A DNA stretch of 64,000 nucleotides, taken from contig OX597818.1 of assembly GCA_951406725.2 (NCBI GenBank), forward strand, positions 30,814,001 through 30,878,000, given 5' to 3'. The translations under genes were made by a program, and so were the position numbers. The notes under the pieces were generated by a model. It did no database searches. It had not been told where the DNA came from and worked only from the letters and a program-made list of their open reading frames with translations. The DNA comes from Octopus vulgaris (Eukaryota). Positions 1 to 14,548 of this stretch are shown here, one piece after another; within the stretch, counting starts at the first letter, position 1; the number at the start of each line of letters is the position of its first letter.

Positions 1-680
1 ATTTTCTTTGTTCTCCAACATACCATTATTTCTGTATATCTGCAGGCAAACATCATTATTTTTCCTAACCATTCAACCTTATTATACCTATCATTAAAAA
101 GAAATAAAATTTAAATTTAATTACTGGAGTCATAAGAAAAATACCTATACACACACACACACACACACACAAAAATCTAATCTCTAGATTAATTACTTCT
201 CAGTTGATTATTGATGGGATAAAATGCTGCAGAAAGAAAATTAAATTGGTTTGATATTACTGGGAAAAACTTAAAGCCACAGGGAACTTGCCACTGAAAC
301 TAAAGCTATTAAGAACATGTTGACATGTAAGATTTTGTATTGAATGGGAATGATGGGAACAACCATTCTCAGTTAAGAATTTAGCATTAAGAAAGCCATC
401 CAGCAATAATAAATAATCTGTATAACAGTATGAAAAAATTCCTTTCAGCTATAGGCACAAGGCCTGAAATTCAACTGGTGGTCAACTTTGAATTCAGAAC
501 ACAAGTACAACATTCTACCTGGTGTGCTTACAATTCTGAAAGTTTGCCACTTTGAAAAAAAAAAAAAAAGAAAGAAAAATAATAATAATAATAATAATAA
601 TAATGATAATAATAATAGTTTCTAACATGACCACAAGGCTAAAAATTTATGAAGGGCGGAATATTTGACTATCACCTTAC

Positions 681-939
681 TGGCACCTGTGCCGGTGGCA
701 TGTGTAAAAAGATTCGAGTGAGGTCTTTACCAGTACCGCCTGACTGGACCCTGTGCCGGTGGCACATAAAAGCACCCACTACACTCTCCGAGTGGTTGGC
801 GTTAGGAAGGGCATCCAGCTGTAGAAACTCTGCCAGATCAAGATTGGAGCCTGGTGCAGCCATCTGGTTTGCCAGACCTCAGTCAAGTTGTCCAACCCAT
901 GCTAGCATGGAAAGCAGATGTTAAACGATGATGATGATG
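681..939 (+). mobile_element. 5'-truncated RTE LINE 3' end with (GAT)n tail
   Basis: Matches the 3' end of the RTE at 60895-63363; further copies at about 7188-7453(+), 10374-10523(+), 26677-26833(-), 27165-27365(-), 45195-45360(-), 55433-55946(+), 59517-59710(-). Confidence 0.8.
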
Positions 940-986
940 AAAACTCCCTGTATTTGACTGGTATTTTATTTTATTAGTCCCTGGAT

Positions 987-1205
987 CAGTGCTTTTCAAA
1001 CTTTTTGCTGGAGCGGAACCCCAAGGAAACATTCCACTGGCTCGAGGAACCCCTGTGCAATAATTTAATAGTCTTATGCACACATATCTGCACAGGAGAA
1101 TTAAAAATTACTGCCAATTTTAGCAGTTTTGTAACTTCTTGCGGAACTCCTGGACTGTACTGGCGGAACCCTAAGGTTCTGCGGAACCATGGTTGAAAAC
1201 CACTG
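987..1205. mobile_element. hAT-type MITE (219 bp)
   Basis: TIRs CAGTGCTTTTCAA / TTGAAAACCACTG; perfect 8-bp TSD CCCTGGAT at 979-986 and 1206-1213. Confidence 0.9.
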
Positions 1206-2289
1206 CCCTGGATAATGAAATGTGTAGTTGAATTCAACAGTATTTGAACTTGGGATATGATGTAACTAATTATGGCTGGCACTGTACTGATCCTGTCACT
1301 TATAGCTCTCCTCCATAAAAATAGAACAAAAAGAAACGTGTATTATAACTAATATGTTATGTCCTGCTGGTAGGAACATCAAAGAGGCATTAAGAGAATC
1401 AAAATTACAGAGATTTACAGTTAGATAAAAGTTGATGAAACCCCTATAACAATGTTTCCCTATTTTTAAACAGGCTGAGGAAATAAAAGAAAACAAAAAG
1501 GTACTGGACTTTAAAAATTGGCACAAGTCCAGATTACCCAACAATTACGGAAATTGGATTTCCTTGAGTGCATTTATATCCTTAGAAAAATATTGGCCAT
1601 ATGAGGAAGAAATAACCAGATATATTTCTTCTCACTCAGTACACACACACTCATACAGGTATGGACATGTGCACAGATACAAACATGTAATTACATGATT
1701 AAATGCTCTGGGAACATAGCCAAGACTACACTACAATTCAGTAGGACTTGAACAATGAGAACATACAACCTGCAAGTCCATAAAAATAACACCAACAATG
1801 CTCTGGCAAGTGCGGAAAATAATTTTGAACATGTTTGAGACTTACTTATTAGACATCTTTAATGGAAGCATAACAATGTCATATGTTACTGAAGTATTTG
1901 TGAATGAATCACAAAGTAAATCTATAGAAATATATTTTCCAGTATACAAGTTGACATAACATGTTGTGTAAATATTCAAACACTGTCACTACTTTTCCAA
2001 ATCCTGTTGCATTTAACATGAAGTTTTTGGTCCTGCAAAGTTGTCTTAGTGTATAAGTTAATCTACTTTTTTGGTTATAAATTTTGGTCTGAAAAATCCA
2101 ACTTGTGTACCAAAAAATAAAGGTGTTTGTATTAGAGGAAAGAAATTATTTAAAAATGAAAAAATTCTGATATAGATGTAGCTGTTTATTATGATTGTAA
2201 TAGTCAGCTAACCACAGCTTTTCCAAAATAAAATTATCATTAGCAATTAAATCTCGGGTATTTATTTTGAAGAATAATAAAATAAATGC

Positions 2290-2520
2290 ACCCTTTTAAA
2301 GCCTAGCCAGGCTCATGGGCCCGATTTCACGGTTTCTATGGCGTATGTGTTCCCCACCAGTCCATCGCAGCATTACTCATTTTTGCCAGCTGAGTGGACT
2401 GGAGCAACGTGAAATGAAGTGTTTTGCTCAAGAACACAATGCATCGCTCGGTCCAGGAATCGAAACCACAATCTTACGATCATGGAGCTGACACCCTAAC
2501 CACTAAGCCACGTGCCTCCA
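2290..2520 (-). mobile_element. tRNA-derived SINE (head and core shared with 25460-25772)
   Basis: A box TGGCTTAGTGG and B-box-like GTTTCGATTCC; shared core CACGTTGCTCCAGTCCACTCAGCTGGCAAAAATGAGT. Confidence 0.8.
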
Positions 2521-3391
2521 CATTTTTTTTTTTTGAAGAATACAATCACTAATTAAAACTTCATGCTAAATAGTGTAACTTGATAATCCACACAGACTCA
2601 ATGAAGGCTGAGCATAGCAATCAGTAAAGTCTGAGAGATTAAGAATGCTATTATAATATATCTCAAAAAAAAATAGAGGAAGAAAAACAGCTCTAAAAGG
2701 AATAATGATGATAGTTAGTTTAAAAGTTGTTATGGATTCAAAAGCATGTTTGCTCACATAAAACAATGAACAATATCTCTTCAAGTGTTATTTGGCATAA
2801 CTTAAGCTGTATTTAACATGCCACACCGTTGTGTTTCATTTCATTTATTCATTGCCATTATTACTATCAGTTACCTCTTTGCTGTCATATCATCTGCCTT
2901 ATCACTATTATTTTCCTGCTTTCTTACAAGTAAACAATATTAGATTATGCTTCAGATAGGATTGTCACTCCTTGTAGACTTCGTTTATAGCTAAGGTGCA
3001 GGCATTGCTATGTGGCATAGCCTATACTTGTACAGTTGTGAAGTTCACTTTGCAACCACGTGATTTCTGGTTCTATCTGACTTTTGGTGTCTTCTGCTAT
3101 AGCTCCAGGTCAAGCAATATCTTGTGAGCAAAATTGGTTGATGAAAACTATAAGATTTGTTTCCATCTACTAATTTAGCTCACAAGTCATTACTTTGTGT
3201 GTGTGTATGTGTGTTTACTCTTTTATTTGTTTTAGTTATTTATTTGACTGTGGCCATGCTGGAGCATCACTTTTAATTGAACAAATCGACCCCAGGACTA
3301 CTGCATGACAATTTGGGCAAGTGTCTTATGCTATAGCCCCAGACTGACCAATGCCTTCTGAGTGAATTTGGTGAACAGAAACTGAAAGTCT

Positions 3392-3467
3392 GTGCGTGTG
3401 TGTATATATATATATGTTAATGTATGTATATATATATATTGTGTGTGTATATATATGTGTGTGTGTG

Positions 3468-3510
<43 letters not shown>

Positions 3511-3595
3511 CTGTGTATGTATGTATATATATATATGTGTATGTGTCTGTGTATGTATGTATGTATATATATATGTGTGTCTGTGTATGTATGTG

Positions 3596-3640
<45 letters not shown>

Positions 3641-3770
3641 GTATATATATGTGTGTGTGTGTGTATGTGTGTATGTATATATATGTATGTGTGTGTATAT
3701 TTGTGTATGTATATATATGTGTGTGTATTTATATATATGTGTGTGTGTATATATGTGTGCGTGTGTGTGT
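3392..3770. repeat. Compound (TA)n/(TG)n microsatellite following a SINE 5' half
   Basis: Direct reading. Confidence 0.95.
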
Positions 3771-5749
3771 TTACAGCTGCAATCACTTGTACAAAAGTGC
3801 AGTGGGTAGTGGTGTCAGTTTTCTTGTAAACAAATCATCTGGGGCACTTTTTGCCTTCAAAGCCATGTGAAATAAGTGATCCCTTACTTGAAAAACAAAT
3901 AAGAATTAGTCTCATAAAGGCGGGCATCTGACTGTAAAACAATGCCTCAGATAACACGTTCATCTAGCTCATGCAAGTATGGAAAAATGAAGGGTTTAGT
4001 TAATCAAATCACTGCATACCTCTCCTTTTGTCAAACTGCTAAGTTAGGGAGACATATATACAAACCCGCATTGTTGAGACAACCATGAATGCATGTACAC
4101 ACACGCAAAAACATGCACGCACACACACATACACAAACAAACAGTTTCCATCTACCAAATTCACTGAAAAAGCATTAGTCAACCCGGAGCTCTAGTTCAA
4201 GACAACAGCTCAAGATGTTGTGCAGTCACACAGAGCATGAGACTATATGGTTGTGAGGTGCACTCCACACACACACAGAGACAGACGCACACACACACAC
4301 ACACACAGAGACAGACGCGCACACACACACAGAGACAGACGCGCACACACACACACACACACACAGTGCACCATTCCTTACATCACATACATACTCATAT
4401 AAATATTGTGTCTCGGGCTGCAAAGAATATAAAACTTCATGTCTTAAGGCTGCAAGGAATATAAAACTTCCTGTCCTTAGTGCCTACAATGGTGTTGTGT
4501 AATTGGTGTGTAGTAACCTCAGATGGCTTGTTTATAAGTTGAGCTTAAATGACAGGTAAAATGTATGTATGTCAGGGTCACAATGCAGTGTGGTGACAGG
4601 AAACCAACCTTTTAATCTGTCATTCAACAGGTTAATTTTGTAACAAATCATCAAGCAGAACATTTTCATTTCAAAGTAGAAATACTTTCATTAGTGACAT
4701 GTGTTGTTTATTAAATTATGCTAATAAACTGGAGAAATATTTTATCTCTCTGTGAGAGATTAGCGTTATTTACTTTATACTGCTTGATAAATCATGTTTG
4801 CTTGCTTTATGGGTGTGAGTTCTTACAAATGAATAAGCAATCCATTTATTTGATTAAACATATTATCAATTAAGCTGTCATCGCTAACAGTAGCTTTGAA
4901 CATTTAAAACAGAACATTCACCCAAAAAGCATTTGGACATTAAAAGATATTCACTAATAGGTGCTGAAGAGGTGGGTATGTCAAAAGGTTGAGAAAATGG
5001 TAGTGTGCTAAGGGTTGCTTGTTTTTAGTATTAATTTAGTCCTGATCTTTGATGTTCCAGTCATGACCTTGCTGTCTTTTTCCCTGGCTATATTATCCAA
5101 TCTGTCCCTTTTTCTTTTTAGCTTCTATTTCCATTAGATTGAATAGCCATGTGGTGGTTCTCCCAGTAAAAGGTATCTGTGTAAGGAGAAAGACCACAGA
5201 ATTAGTGGTGTGAGATATTAAGATATTAGACTTCTTAGGCAAGATGACACGACTGACAGGAGTGCTTATATGCCATACTGCAGATCCATCCCACCTATTC
5301 TAGCATGGAAAAACAAATACAGGAGGATCGGTTATTTTATTCAACATATTCCACTCTCAGATTCACACACTTATTGCAGCGGTCCCTCAGTTTTTCTAAG
5401 CCCAGTAAAAGAATTTGGAAGGTTGGGCCTCCAACCAGGCCTTACATGATAGATTAAAGCTAGGACCTTTTCAGCACACTCTCGTATTTATGACAAGCTT
5501 CTACATAGACCCCATTTACCAAATTCATTCAAGAGGCATTGGTCAATTGTAGAAGACACTTGCCCAAAGTGCCACTCATTAGGACTGAATCCCAAACCAT
5601 TTGGTTACAAACAAGCTTCTTAATTACTCAGCCATGCCAGCACCTGTAGGAGAACATAATCACTATTTCTATTTCCCTCATCCAGCTTATTTTCTGCTCC
5701 TTCCCTTCTTTCTGGCTTATAGCAGGAAGATAGGAATTTGGAATTTGCG

Positions 5750-6316
5750 TCACTGGTCTGGGACCCCTATCTTAATTGTCTGGAAACCGTTCAGCGACAT
5801 GCAACCAAGAGAATACCCTCCATCAGGCATTTGCCATATTCTGAACGCCTTACTTCCCTGGTCATGGACACATTGAAACTCCGTCGTCTGGCAGCTGACT
5901 TGGCAGACACCCATAAAATTATTAAACCGTCTTACTAACAATAACTCTGAGCACCTTTTCAAACTCCACCTGTCTAACACCCATGGACATGTTTACAAAG
6001 TCAGAAAACAGCACAGCTCCCATGACTTTCGGAAACATTTTTTCACGCTAAGAGTTGCTGAAGTATGGAACAAACTGCCCGCATCAATTGTTAGTTGTCA
6101 GAGCACTGCATCCTTCAAAACTCCCATGTTTCCTGAGATTCACCAACACTACACCTGATTTTCTCCCCTCCATACACACACAAGCATGTATCTGACTCAT
6201 ACACTGTTCACTTCCCAGACGTTTGTACATTACTGCATATGCTTTATATGCACTTTTGACAAGTTGTGGTGCACCTGAGCACTGTATACAATAATTTCAT
6301 TATTATTATTATTATT
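5750..6316 (+). mobile_element. CR1-like LINE 3' fragment with (ATT)n tail
   Basis: LETVQRHATKRIPSIRHLPYSERLTSL..TLKLRRL, typical of the CR1/L2 ORF2 C-terminus; near-identical copy at 54985-55432. Confidence 0.85.
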
Positions 6317-7633
6317 ATACTTTCTGTTCCAAAATCTGTATTTTCCTTCTATTTGTTCTTTCTTTTAATCCCTAGATCAGTGGTTCTTATGTGGCATGAC
6401 TTGGCACACTGGTTTTTCCGTGTAGTGTAAATAACTAAGTTGGGAAAGTAATAAAGCCACATTATTTAAACTTAAACTATGTAAAAAAATAAGCTGAAAT
6501 TCTACATATATATTCCTTTATAGCTTTGCTTTATTTTTTAGATAAAGCCGTAAGAGAGAGGTATATAGATATATATATATATAAATGTTATGTGAATGAT
6601 GTTTTGTAAACAAAAGAGTTTAATATTTAATTTCATATAAATATTTATACATGCTTGAAACTGACAAACAAAATACAATTTACAATAAAAATTTAAACAA
6701 GATTTTTCACTACAGTATATAGTGGTGGACATTTGTTATTTCACAATGAGGTTGCAGTTAGTCAAACAACAGAACATCTCGGTCCTGAATTAACATGTAA
6801 GCAGCTGAGCATTCTATAGGCACTTGTATCCTATGCATATTTCTCAAGTGAAATAAGTATGACACAATACGACAGACCATGAGAAGGCTGACTCATAACT
6901 GGATGAGATCAATCTGGAAGCATCTGGAGCCCCGTAAGAAAGTTATAATCTTTGAATTACACATGACAGCTTTTTATAGTTTTCATCTTACCCCTTTCAC
7001 TCAGAAGGCGTGGATAGATGACATTCCTCCAAGATGCTGTTTAGTAGAATTGAGCATGTAGTCTTATGGATTCTGACACGTGCTTTTTCACCATTTGGCT
7101 ATATTGCATGTACATTTATATATATGTGCTAAAATACCGTAAATACTTTTAGATTTTATACTCAAACTGTGCCAGAAATATTTTTTTGGCCCCCATGTCG
7201 GTGGCACGTAAAAAGCACCATCCGACCGTGGCCGTTTGCCAGCCCTGTCTGGCACCTGTGCCAGTGGCACGTAAAAAGCACCCACTACACTCACGGAGTG
7301 GTTGGCGTTAGGAAGGGCATCCAGCTGTAGAAACATTGCCAGATCAGACTGGGCCTGGTGCAGCCTCCTGGCTTCCCAGACCCCAGTTGCACCATCCAAC
7401 CCATGCTAGCATGGAAAACGGACGCTAAACGATGATGATGATGATGATGATGATTTGTTTATGGATGTGTGGTGAGAAGTTTGCTTCCCAACCACAATGG
7501 TTCTAAGTTCAACCTCACTATGTGCCACTTTGAACAAATGTCTTCTATAGATCTGGGCTAAACCCAGGCCTCGTGTGTGGATTTGGTAGACAGAAACTGA
7601 TAGAAGCCTGTTGTGTGTGTGTACACAGATATA

Positions 7634-7689
<56 letters not shown>

Positions 7690-7712
7690 CGTGCACACAA
7701 ACACACATAGAT

Positions 7713-7745
<33 letters not shown>

Positions 7746-8443
7746 CACAGACACACACACACACTCATTTGTGTATTTGTATTTGTCCTAAACCAGCACT
7801 TGACAATTATTGTTGGTTTGTTTATGTCCCCATAACTTCTATCTATCTATCTACCTACCCATCTACCTATCTATCTACCTATCTATCTACCTATCTATCT
7901 ACCTATCTATCTATCTACCTATATATCTATCTATCTATCTTTCTACCTACCTACAGAGAGAGAGAGGTATATAGATTGATATATATAAATGTTATGTGAA
8001 TGATATTTTGTAAACAAAAGAGTTTAATATTTAATTTCATATAAATATTTATGTGTGTGAAACTGACAAACTAAATACAATTTACAATAAAAATTTGCAG
8101 TTTTATTTTCATTAAAATACCAGCAAATTTTGAACAAGATTTTTCACTGCAGTTCAACTATCACTCAACTCACTCCAACTGTCACTCGTATCAATCTGTT
8201 TATTGTTTTAGTCTTCTATCAGTATGACTGATGAAATACACGTGTTTTATTATATGTGACATGCACACAATGGGCTTATTTCAGTTTCTATCTGCCAAAT
8301 CCACTTGCAAAGCTTTAGCTGATACTGGCTCACTGTAGAAGAAGACACTTGCCCAAGGTGATGTCCTGTGGGACTGAACCTGAAACCACATGGTTGGAAA
8401 GCAAGCTTCATACTGATTTGAATTAATTTTTATAAATACTATT

Positions 8444-8636
8444 ACTCTTTTACTCTTTTACTTGTTTCAGTCATTTGACTGTGGTCATGCTGGAGCACTG
8501 CCTTTAGTCGAGCAAATCGGCCCCACAACTTATTCTTTGTAAACCTAGTACTTATTCTATCGGATTCTTTTGCTGAACCGCTAAGTTATGGGGATGTAAA
8601 CATACCAGCATCAGTTGTCAAGCAATGTTGGGGGGA

Positions 8637-8680
<44 letters not shown>

Positions 8681-8853
8681 CATTTATACGACGGGCTTCT
8701 TTCAGTTTCCATCTACCAAATCCACTCACAAGGCTTTGGCTGGTCTGAGGCTATAGTAGAAGACACTTGCCCAAGGTGCCATGCGGTGGGACTGAACCCG
8801 GAACCATGTGGTTGGTAAGCAAGCTACTTACCACACAGATACTCCTACGCCTA
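8444..8853 (-). mobile_element. tRNA-derived SINE with internal microsatellite (family A)
   Basis: Reverse complement of the full copy at 63374-63803; central (CA)n/(TA)n. Confidence 0.85.
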
Positions 8854-9266
8854 TGAACAGATTCTTATTTACATGAAAGGAAGAAGTGTTGGATGTTATT
8901 CCAATCTCTACTTGTTTTATGAGTTTTCTGATATATTACAAATAAATTGCTTAATGAGCTTTAGAAACCTCATCTAGCATAATTTCCTGTTTCTGTTTTG
9001 TGATGACAATTTCTATCATCAAACTAAAAATCAGCTCCTTTAACATGTCATCCAATATATTTTCCTTTTCAGCCAACACATTTAGACATTTTATTTCTTT
9101 TTCTTGTTTTTTTTTCATTCTTTTACTTGTTTCATTTGACTGTAGCCATGCTGGAGCACTACCATTTTAGTCGAACAAATCGACCTCGGGACTTATTTTT
9201 TTAAAGTCTAGCACTTGCTCTATTGGTCCCTTTTATGAATGGCTAAGTTATGGGGACGGTAACACA

Positions 9267-9617
9267 TCAACATCGGTTGTCAAGCACTAATGGGTTAAAG
9301 GGACAACCATGAAGACACATACGCAGATACATATATATATGTGTGTGTGTGTGTGTATGTTCATATGTATATATGTGTATATACATATGTGTGTGTATAT
9401 ATGTGTATATATGTGTGTATATATATGTGTGAGTGTATGTGTGTATATATATGTGTGAGTGTATGTGTGTATATATATGTGTGAGTGTGTGTGTGTATAT
9501 ATATATGTGTGTGTGTGTATGTATATATGTGTGTGTGTGTGTATATATGTATATATATATATATATCATCATCATCATCGTTTAAGGTCTGCTTTCCATT
9601 AAATGATGATGATGATG

Positions 9618-9665
<48 letters not shown>
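9267..9665. repeat. Compound microsatellite (TG/TA/GAT), partly SINE-associated
   Basis: Direct reading. Confidence 0.85.
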
Positions 9666-9668
<3 letters not shown>

Positions 9669-10343
9669 TGACCTTCGAACATTAGGCCTCACCAAGGCAA
9701 TGACTAGTGACCGGGAGCTTTGGAAATATGCTGTGCTTGAGAAGATTCGGCAAGCTCAAGTGAGACTATAACCTTGTGGCCTAAGCCACAGGTGTAACCA
9801 GCCCACTTATGTGTACCTTTCCTTCACTTGATACTAAACTTGCGAAGACCTGTTGAGGCAAGTGAAATTGAAATCGACATCGAATTTGATGACTAGCATC
9901 TGTGTTAGTGGAGTGCTGAGAGTACCATACAAGCGTGATCATTGCCAGAGCAACGAGCTGGCCTCCATGCTGGTGGCACGTAAAAAACACCATTCGAGCG
10001 TGATCATTACCTACGTCGCCTTACTGGCACTTGTGCTGGTGGCACATGAAAAAAACATTCGAGCGAGGTTGTTGCCAGTGGCGCTGGACTGGCTGCAGGT
10101 GGCACATAAAAAGCACCATTTGAGCGTGGTTGTTGCCAGTACCGCCTGACTGGCCCTCTTGCCAGTGGCACATAAAAGCACCCACTATGCTCTCAGAGTG
10201 GTTGGCATTAGGAAGGGCATCCAGCTGTAGAAGCTCTGCCAGATCAGATTGGAGTCTGGTGCAGCCATCTGGTTTGCCAGACCTCAGTCAAATCGTCCAA
10301 CCCATGCTTGCATGGAAAGCGGATGTTAAACGATGATGATGAT
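9665..10343 (+). mobile_element. RTE LINE ORF end plus 3' UTR
   Basis: HDLRTLGLTKAMTSDRELWKYAV (RTE ORF terminus), tandem 3'-UTR units, (GAT)n tail; begins directly after (TA)n. Confidence 0.8.
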
Positions 10344-11544
10344 ATCTATATATATATATATACATACATACGTCTGGTTGGCATTAGGAAGGGCATCCAG
10401 CCGTAGAAACACTGCCAGATCTGACTGGGCCTGATGAAGCCTTCTGGCTTCACAGACCCCAGTAGAACCGTCCAACCCATGCTAGCATGGAAAACGGATG
10501 CTAAACGATGATGATGATGATGATACGTGTGCGCGCTCACACTCACACACACATTCATTCCAAGTTGAGGGATAAGAAAGAATCTTATATCCTAATTCTT
10601 TATTTTCCAGTCATTTTCTAATCACTGAGAGGTAATATTTATACCCTCTTAAACATGGATGCATTGTTAGAACAGACTACACTGCAGTAAATACCATAAG
10701 AGTCGTATTGGCTTTTGTGCAAAATTCATTCTTGTTTATTTCGCCAGTTACCATTTTCATTTATTCCAGACTACTCATATTTCTATAATGTTGTTGGTAT
10801 TCACATCATGTTTTTTTCCAGACGTAAAAGTTTGTTAACCTCTCTTACAGATTATAAGCAAGGTCATACTATTTTATCTAACCATGTATGTCTTAGGTTG
10901 ATGTAGGTTTATAGTGGTGATAGAATAACCTTTTTGCAAAGCAATGTTATGTGCTGTTTGAATTCTGCTTATTATCAGCAGATATTATATTTATCATGTT
11001 TATGTTGATGTGCTATGGGATTGTGTTAGTAACACGCATATTATATGCTGTGTGAAGTATTGTTTTGGGAACTGAATTCCAGTTCTAGGAATGGCAAATA
11101 CATAAACACAGCAAGTACATTAACATGGCAGATGCATAAACCTGCTAATGAGTGCATAAACATGGTAGTGAGCACATAAATAGGGTAGCAGACACATAAT
11201 CACTGTGAAACCATAATTGTGGTGAATATGTAAACACAACAAACCTCAAAGTCATTGAGGAAGCCTCTATGTGGTTGCTCAGCCTACGAGAATAACTGCA
11301 AAATCCTCTTCAAATCACAACTTAGTTCTCTCTATGCCATGAGGTTGCATATATTATGAAGAGAAAGATAATCTAAAATGTATCTGAATAATAACATAGC
11401 ATATTTTCCGGCATGCAAACTAACATAGCATATGGTGTAAACATTCAAATATCATTATTCTTTCCAATTCCTGCTGTATTTTTACATGGAATTTTTTGTC
11501 CCCCATTGTCATCTTGGTACAGAAGTCAACCCTATATTTTTTGG

Positions 11545-11953
11545 GGATCTTTTCGATTTAAATGGCAGTTTTTTCTAGCGGTGTCATATGAAATTGTCAC
11601 CCATAATTATGACCCTAGTATCGATCTGTTTTGGGATTAGGGTTGGTTAGGGGTGGGGGGGAAGGGTATCTTTTTTTCTTCACAAATGTAAATAAACCCA
11701 ATCTGTTTCTTAAACGAGGGACATATTCATACGGCACAGAATGTTTTTTTACCTCAATACACGTCACTGATTGGTTGAAATTGCAGAAATTGAAGAAAAA
11801 TAAACAACAAATATCTTACAAACTATAGAATTTTCCCAATAAAGCCAAGAGAAAAAGATGTTTTATAAACACATTCTACCAGTATACGAAGTTTAAAATT
11901 TTTTAGTTACCTAGAAATTATGTTAAAAACTACTGTTCAAACTGAAAAGACCC
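11545..11953. mobile_element. About 410-bp MITE, copy 1
   Basis: Imperfect TIRs of about 28 bp (GGATCTTTTCG..GGCAGTTTTT); related copy at 22667-23044 in the opposite orientation. Confidence 0.8.
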
Positions 11954-12965
11954 TTTTTTTGTCCTAATAACTTGACTTGTATGCTGGAAAATATTGTATT
12001 TGAGTGGTTTATGAGCAGACTTTTAGGCTACAACTGGCCACTGTTTTGTGTTAGTGTCATGGCTGTGTATAAAGAATTTTAGTTCATTTCACACCCATGT
12101 GGTTCTAAGTTTGATCCAACTGTGTGATATTTTTAGAATCTTAAAATATAGCTTCATGCTCATCAATACCTTGTCAGTATAATTTCATTAATCAAAACTC
12201 TGTGGAAATTTGTGTGTGTGTGTGTGTGTGTACTTTTTGCTACTGCATATTGGGGAAAGTTGTGAAGACCAGAAAGAAAACTGATAAAATGGTGTGTTTG
12301 AACAAAGATGATATTTGTTCTGCCTGTGTTGTACAGATGTCTCCTATTCACTCGCAACATCATAAATGTAGTAAAGCAGTGATCATCTCATTGGAGACTT
12401 GTAACCAATAACACTTCTCTTCACAAAATAAAATAACTGGAAAATAAAATAGTCATGTCAAACTTAACTTATATATGCCATTGAGAGGCAAGATACTGTT
12501 GTTTTTAGCCAAGATAAAATCTCTTATAGATATGCTGTATCAAAAATACAACATGTGTATTGGAGAAAGCCAAAAAAGAAAAACCCATCTTGGCAGTGGC
12601 TTACGAGGACACCAGATGCACAGATGCATTTCAGCCTTCTTAGGCCTTGATGCGTACTTGCAGTCATATGCCTAGACAAAACTTGTTGTCTCTGATATAT
12701 AGAAAATAGTGAATAATACACATATATTTTATTCGGCCTGCAGCTATTCACAATGTCAGTGAATGCGTTATTTTTTTTATTCATTTAAGGCTGCTTCAAT
12801 TGCAAACACTGGATTTTTTTTAGAAAAATAAATTTTACATGGTAGAAAGAGACAGTTGTCTTTAATGACCATATCACCATTTTGAGCATAATTCATATGT
12901 GATTTTTTTTTTTTCTTTTTATATGGTTTGATAGCAATTAGTATAATGTTTCTCTTTTCTTTCAG

Positions 12966-13110
12966 CTCCTTGACTACCGTTCTTATACATACTCCTATAT
13001 CCTTGCTGATGCTTCTAGCAAAGAGGGTGTCCTTATTGATCCTGTTTTGGACAATGTCAACCGAGACCTTCAAATCATAAAAGACTTAGGAATTAATCTT
13101 ACAATTGTTG
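12966..13110 (+). CDS. ETHE1: ETHE1 persulfide dioxygenase, first identifiable coding exon (equivalent to exon 2; upstream exon not located)
   Basis: ttttcag acceptor and G|gtaaga donor; 145 nt; translates LLDYRSYTYSYILADASSKEGVLIDPVLDNVNRDLQIIKDLGINLTIV, matching the ETHE1 N-terminal TYLL..AVLIDPV..RD segment. Confidence 0.93.
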
Positions 13111-14320
13111 GTAAGATGCTAAATTAATCTTACAATTGTTGCTAAGATGCTAAGTGTGTGTGTTTGTGTGTGTAAATTTCTGTTGCTGTTTGGTGCCAAG
13201 AGAGTTTGTTGAATTCCTGTTAGCAGCAGCTGTAAAAGAAGAATTATCTTTGAGTTATTTATTTCCAGACAAAAGGCTAATCTGTAAAGAAGCATGCAAC
13301 AAAGAATATCTTGAATCTACTTTATTATTCACTCGTCTCTCACTCCACTCTTACACTGTGCTACATGTAAAGGGCATTGTTCTAATTCTAAACATTATGC
13401 CCTATTTTCACAGCACTTTTGAGTCTTCTGCTTTTTCTAAACAAGTCAACAAAAACAAAAGATGCCAACTACGACAATCTGTTATAACCATTCCATTCCA
13501 CCATTCCATTATTCCAATATAGCAAGATTTCTAGGTTAATCAAAACTAAGACTATATCTTTTATAACAATATAATAACAATAGGGATGCATCTAGATGAT
13601 TGCTTGCCCTGTTAGACATAGTAGGCAAATGTCCTCAAATTACACCCTGCCACCTTTAAAAACAAAATGGGCAAGAAAAGGAGTGGGGATAATGTATTTC
13701 AATGTACACTCTACCTGCGAAAAAAAAAAAAAGATGAGATGGTCATGGCTGGGATGCCTTTGATCATAAATCTGTTGACTTGGGGGCTTAACCAACAACA
13801 GTTGCCATTGAATGTCACAGAGATAATCATCCTAGCTGCTAAGAAGAATTCAACTTGTTTCATGATTTAATAACCTGAATTTAAAATGGTATCTTTTTAT
13901 TATTTATTTATTTATTTATTTATTTACTTGCTGAGTCTGGAGGTAAGGGTAGCACCCATTGTCTTTGCAGTCCTTACAAGACCAGTGAGCTTGGTGTTGT
14001 TAATGTTATGTATGAACTATACTTAGTTGACACCTGCAAGAAAGACATGGGGAAGAGCAAGATTCCAGAAGGACAATGTTCTGAAGGAGGCTTTGAGGAA
14101 CAGAGGCCATTGCAATAGTAATAAAAAAGATAGAGAAAGAAGACAATATGTCTGTGGGCCAGATGAATGAGTTGAACAACATGGGGGTTGAAGGACTTCT
14201 TAGTCTTGTGCAGATCATGACAAACCCTCTGGTGCTGGGTCCATGATAAAATGCACTTCTTACATTCAGCAGAGTGGGTGGTGAAGGAATATGGTGTACT
14301 TGAGACTATATTACTCAATG

Positions 14321-14548
14321 TGGTGAGCTAGCAGAATCGTAAGCATGCTGGGCGAAATGCTTAGCAGTATTTCGTCTGCCATTACGTTCTGAGTTCAAAT
14401 TCCGCCGAGGTCGACTTTGCCTTTCATCTTTTCGGGGTCGATAAATTGAGTACCAGTTACGCACTGGGTTTGATGTAGTCGACTTAATCCGTTTGTCTGT
14501 CCTTGTTTGTCCCCTCTGTGTTTAGCCCCTTGTGGGTAGTAAAGAAAT
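14321..14548 (+). mobile_element. SINE family B
   Basis: B box GAGTTCAAATTCC and core CCTTTCATC..GGGGTCGATAAATT.AGTACCAG; copies at about 23395-23625, 44622-44835, 48330-48490, 41760-41870. Confidence 0.8.

Noticed and set aside
10715-10906. ORF containing LFRQL as the missing ETHE1 exon 1
   Set aside because: No GT donor after the Gln codon and no authentic ATG or targeting peptide; exon 1 remains unlocated
11636-11653. TTAGGG telomere-like repeats
   Set aside because: Only two units, internal to a MITE
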